Shown: positions 63,536-64,000 of the stretch, piece by piece | Position numbering within the stretch: position 1 is the stretch's first letter | Layout of the letters: every line of letters begins with the position of its first letter | Assembly (NCBI GenBank): GCA_030704615.1 | Contig: CM060731.1 | Span: 63,860,001-63,924,000, forward strand | Origin: Takakia lepidozioides | Lineage: Eukaryota; Plantae; Bryophyta | DNA: 64,000 nt | Direction: 5' to 3' | Program-made: the position numbers and the translations under genes | The notes under the pieces: generated by a model | What the model saw: only the letters and a program-made list of their open reading frames with translations | What the model was told of the DNA's origin: nothing | Databases searched by the model: none

Positions 63536-63776
63536 TAGGGTAGCCTGTGCAGTTGGCCCAAGTGTCCAGTGTCATCTAAGACCAAGTGCAATCCCCTATG
63601 TATCAAAGTGCGTTTCCTACCAGATGCAAGCTTTAGGGTAGCCTTTGCCATTGGCCCAAGTGTCCAGTGTCATCTAAGACCAAGTGCAATCCCCTATGTA
63701 TCAAAGTGCGTTTCCTACCAGATGCAAGCTCTAGGGTAGCCTTTGCCATTGGCCCAAGTGTCCAATGTCATCTAAG
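63536..63776. repeat. ~98-bp tandem repeat, about 2.5 units
   Basis: TAGGGTAGCCT...CAGATGCAAGCT is repeated nearly identically. Confidence 0.92.
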
Positions 63777-64000
63777 GAAGTCTCTTTTCCACAGAGCCTA
63801 CGACCAGATTTGAACCGGAGACCTTTCCCTTGATATCTCTCCCGTCGCCAACCATTATCCCAGGAATGCCCACTTTGCCATTTTTGCTATTTTTTGTGAA
63901 TATCCAGCGACCAAAAGTACTTGGAATTCCATATCTCCCTCACCATTTGTCCAAAAATTATGAGACCAAGCCGGTGCACCCCTCCTCCTCAAGGACTTTC

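Overview
This is eukaryotic nuclear DNA from a land plant, most likely a bryophyte or other early-diverging lineage. The evidence is spliceosomal introns, plant-type genes and a DYW editing-domain relic. Three host genes look intact: pyruvate decarboxylase (minus strand, 7 exons), a P/U-type cyclin (2 exons) and gamma-glutamyl hydrolase (10 exons). The rest is rich in transposons and pseudogenes. The most notable system is a Ty3/Gypsy retrotransposon family present as two complementary, decayed copies (2672-6798 and 49624-~58253). Together they reconstruct gag - protease - DNMT3-like C5 cytosine methyltransferase - RT - RNase H - DDE integrase - PHD finger. Its ends are not two ordinary LTRs. 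They are split direct repeats (A...B-A-B) with TG...CA termini and a 4-bp TSD. Other points of interest are a CRE-like restriction-endonuclease non-LTR retrotransposon inserted in an inverted LRR duplication, a tRNA-Trp copy with an amber (CUA) anticodon, and a DYW deaminase relic split by a 420-bp inverted copy of DNA from 29 kb away. There is also an array of regularly spaced perfect palindromes. All calls come from manual reading; no database searches were run.
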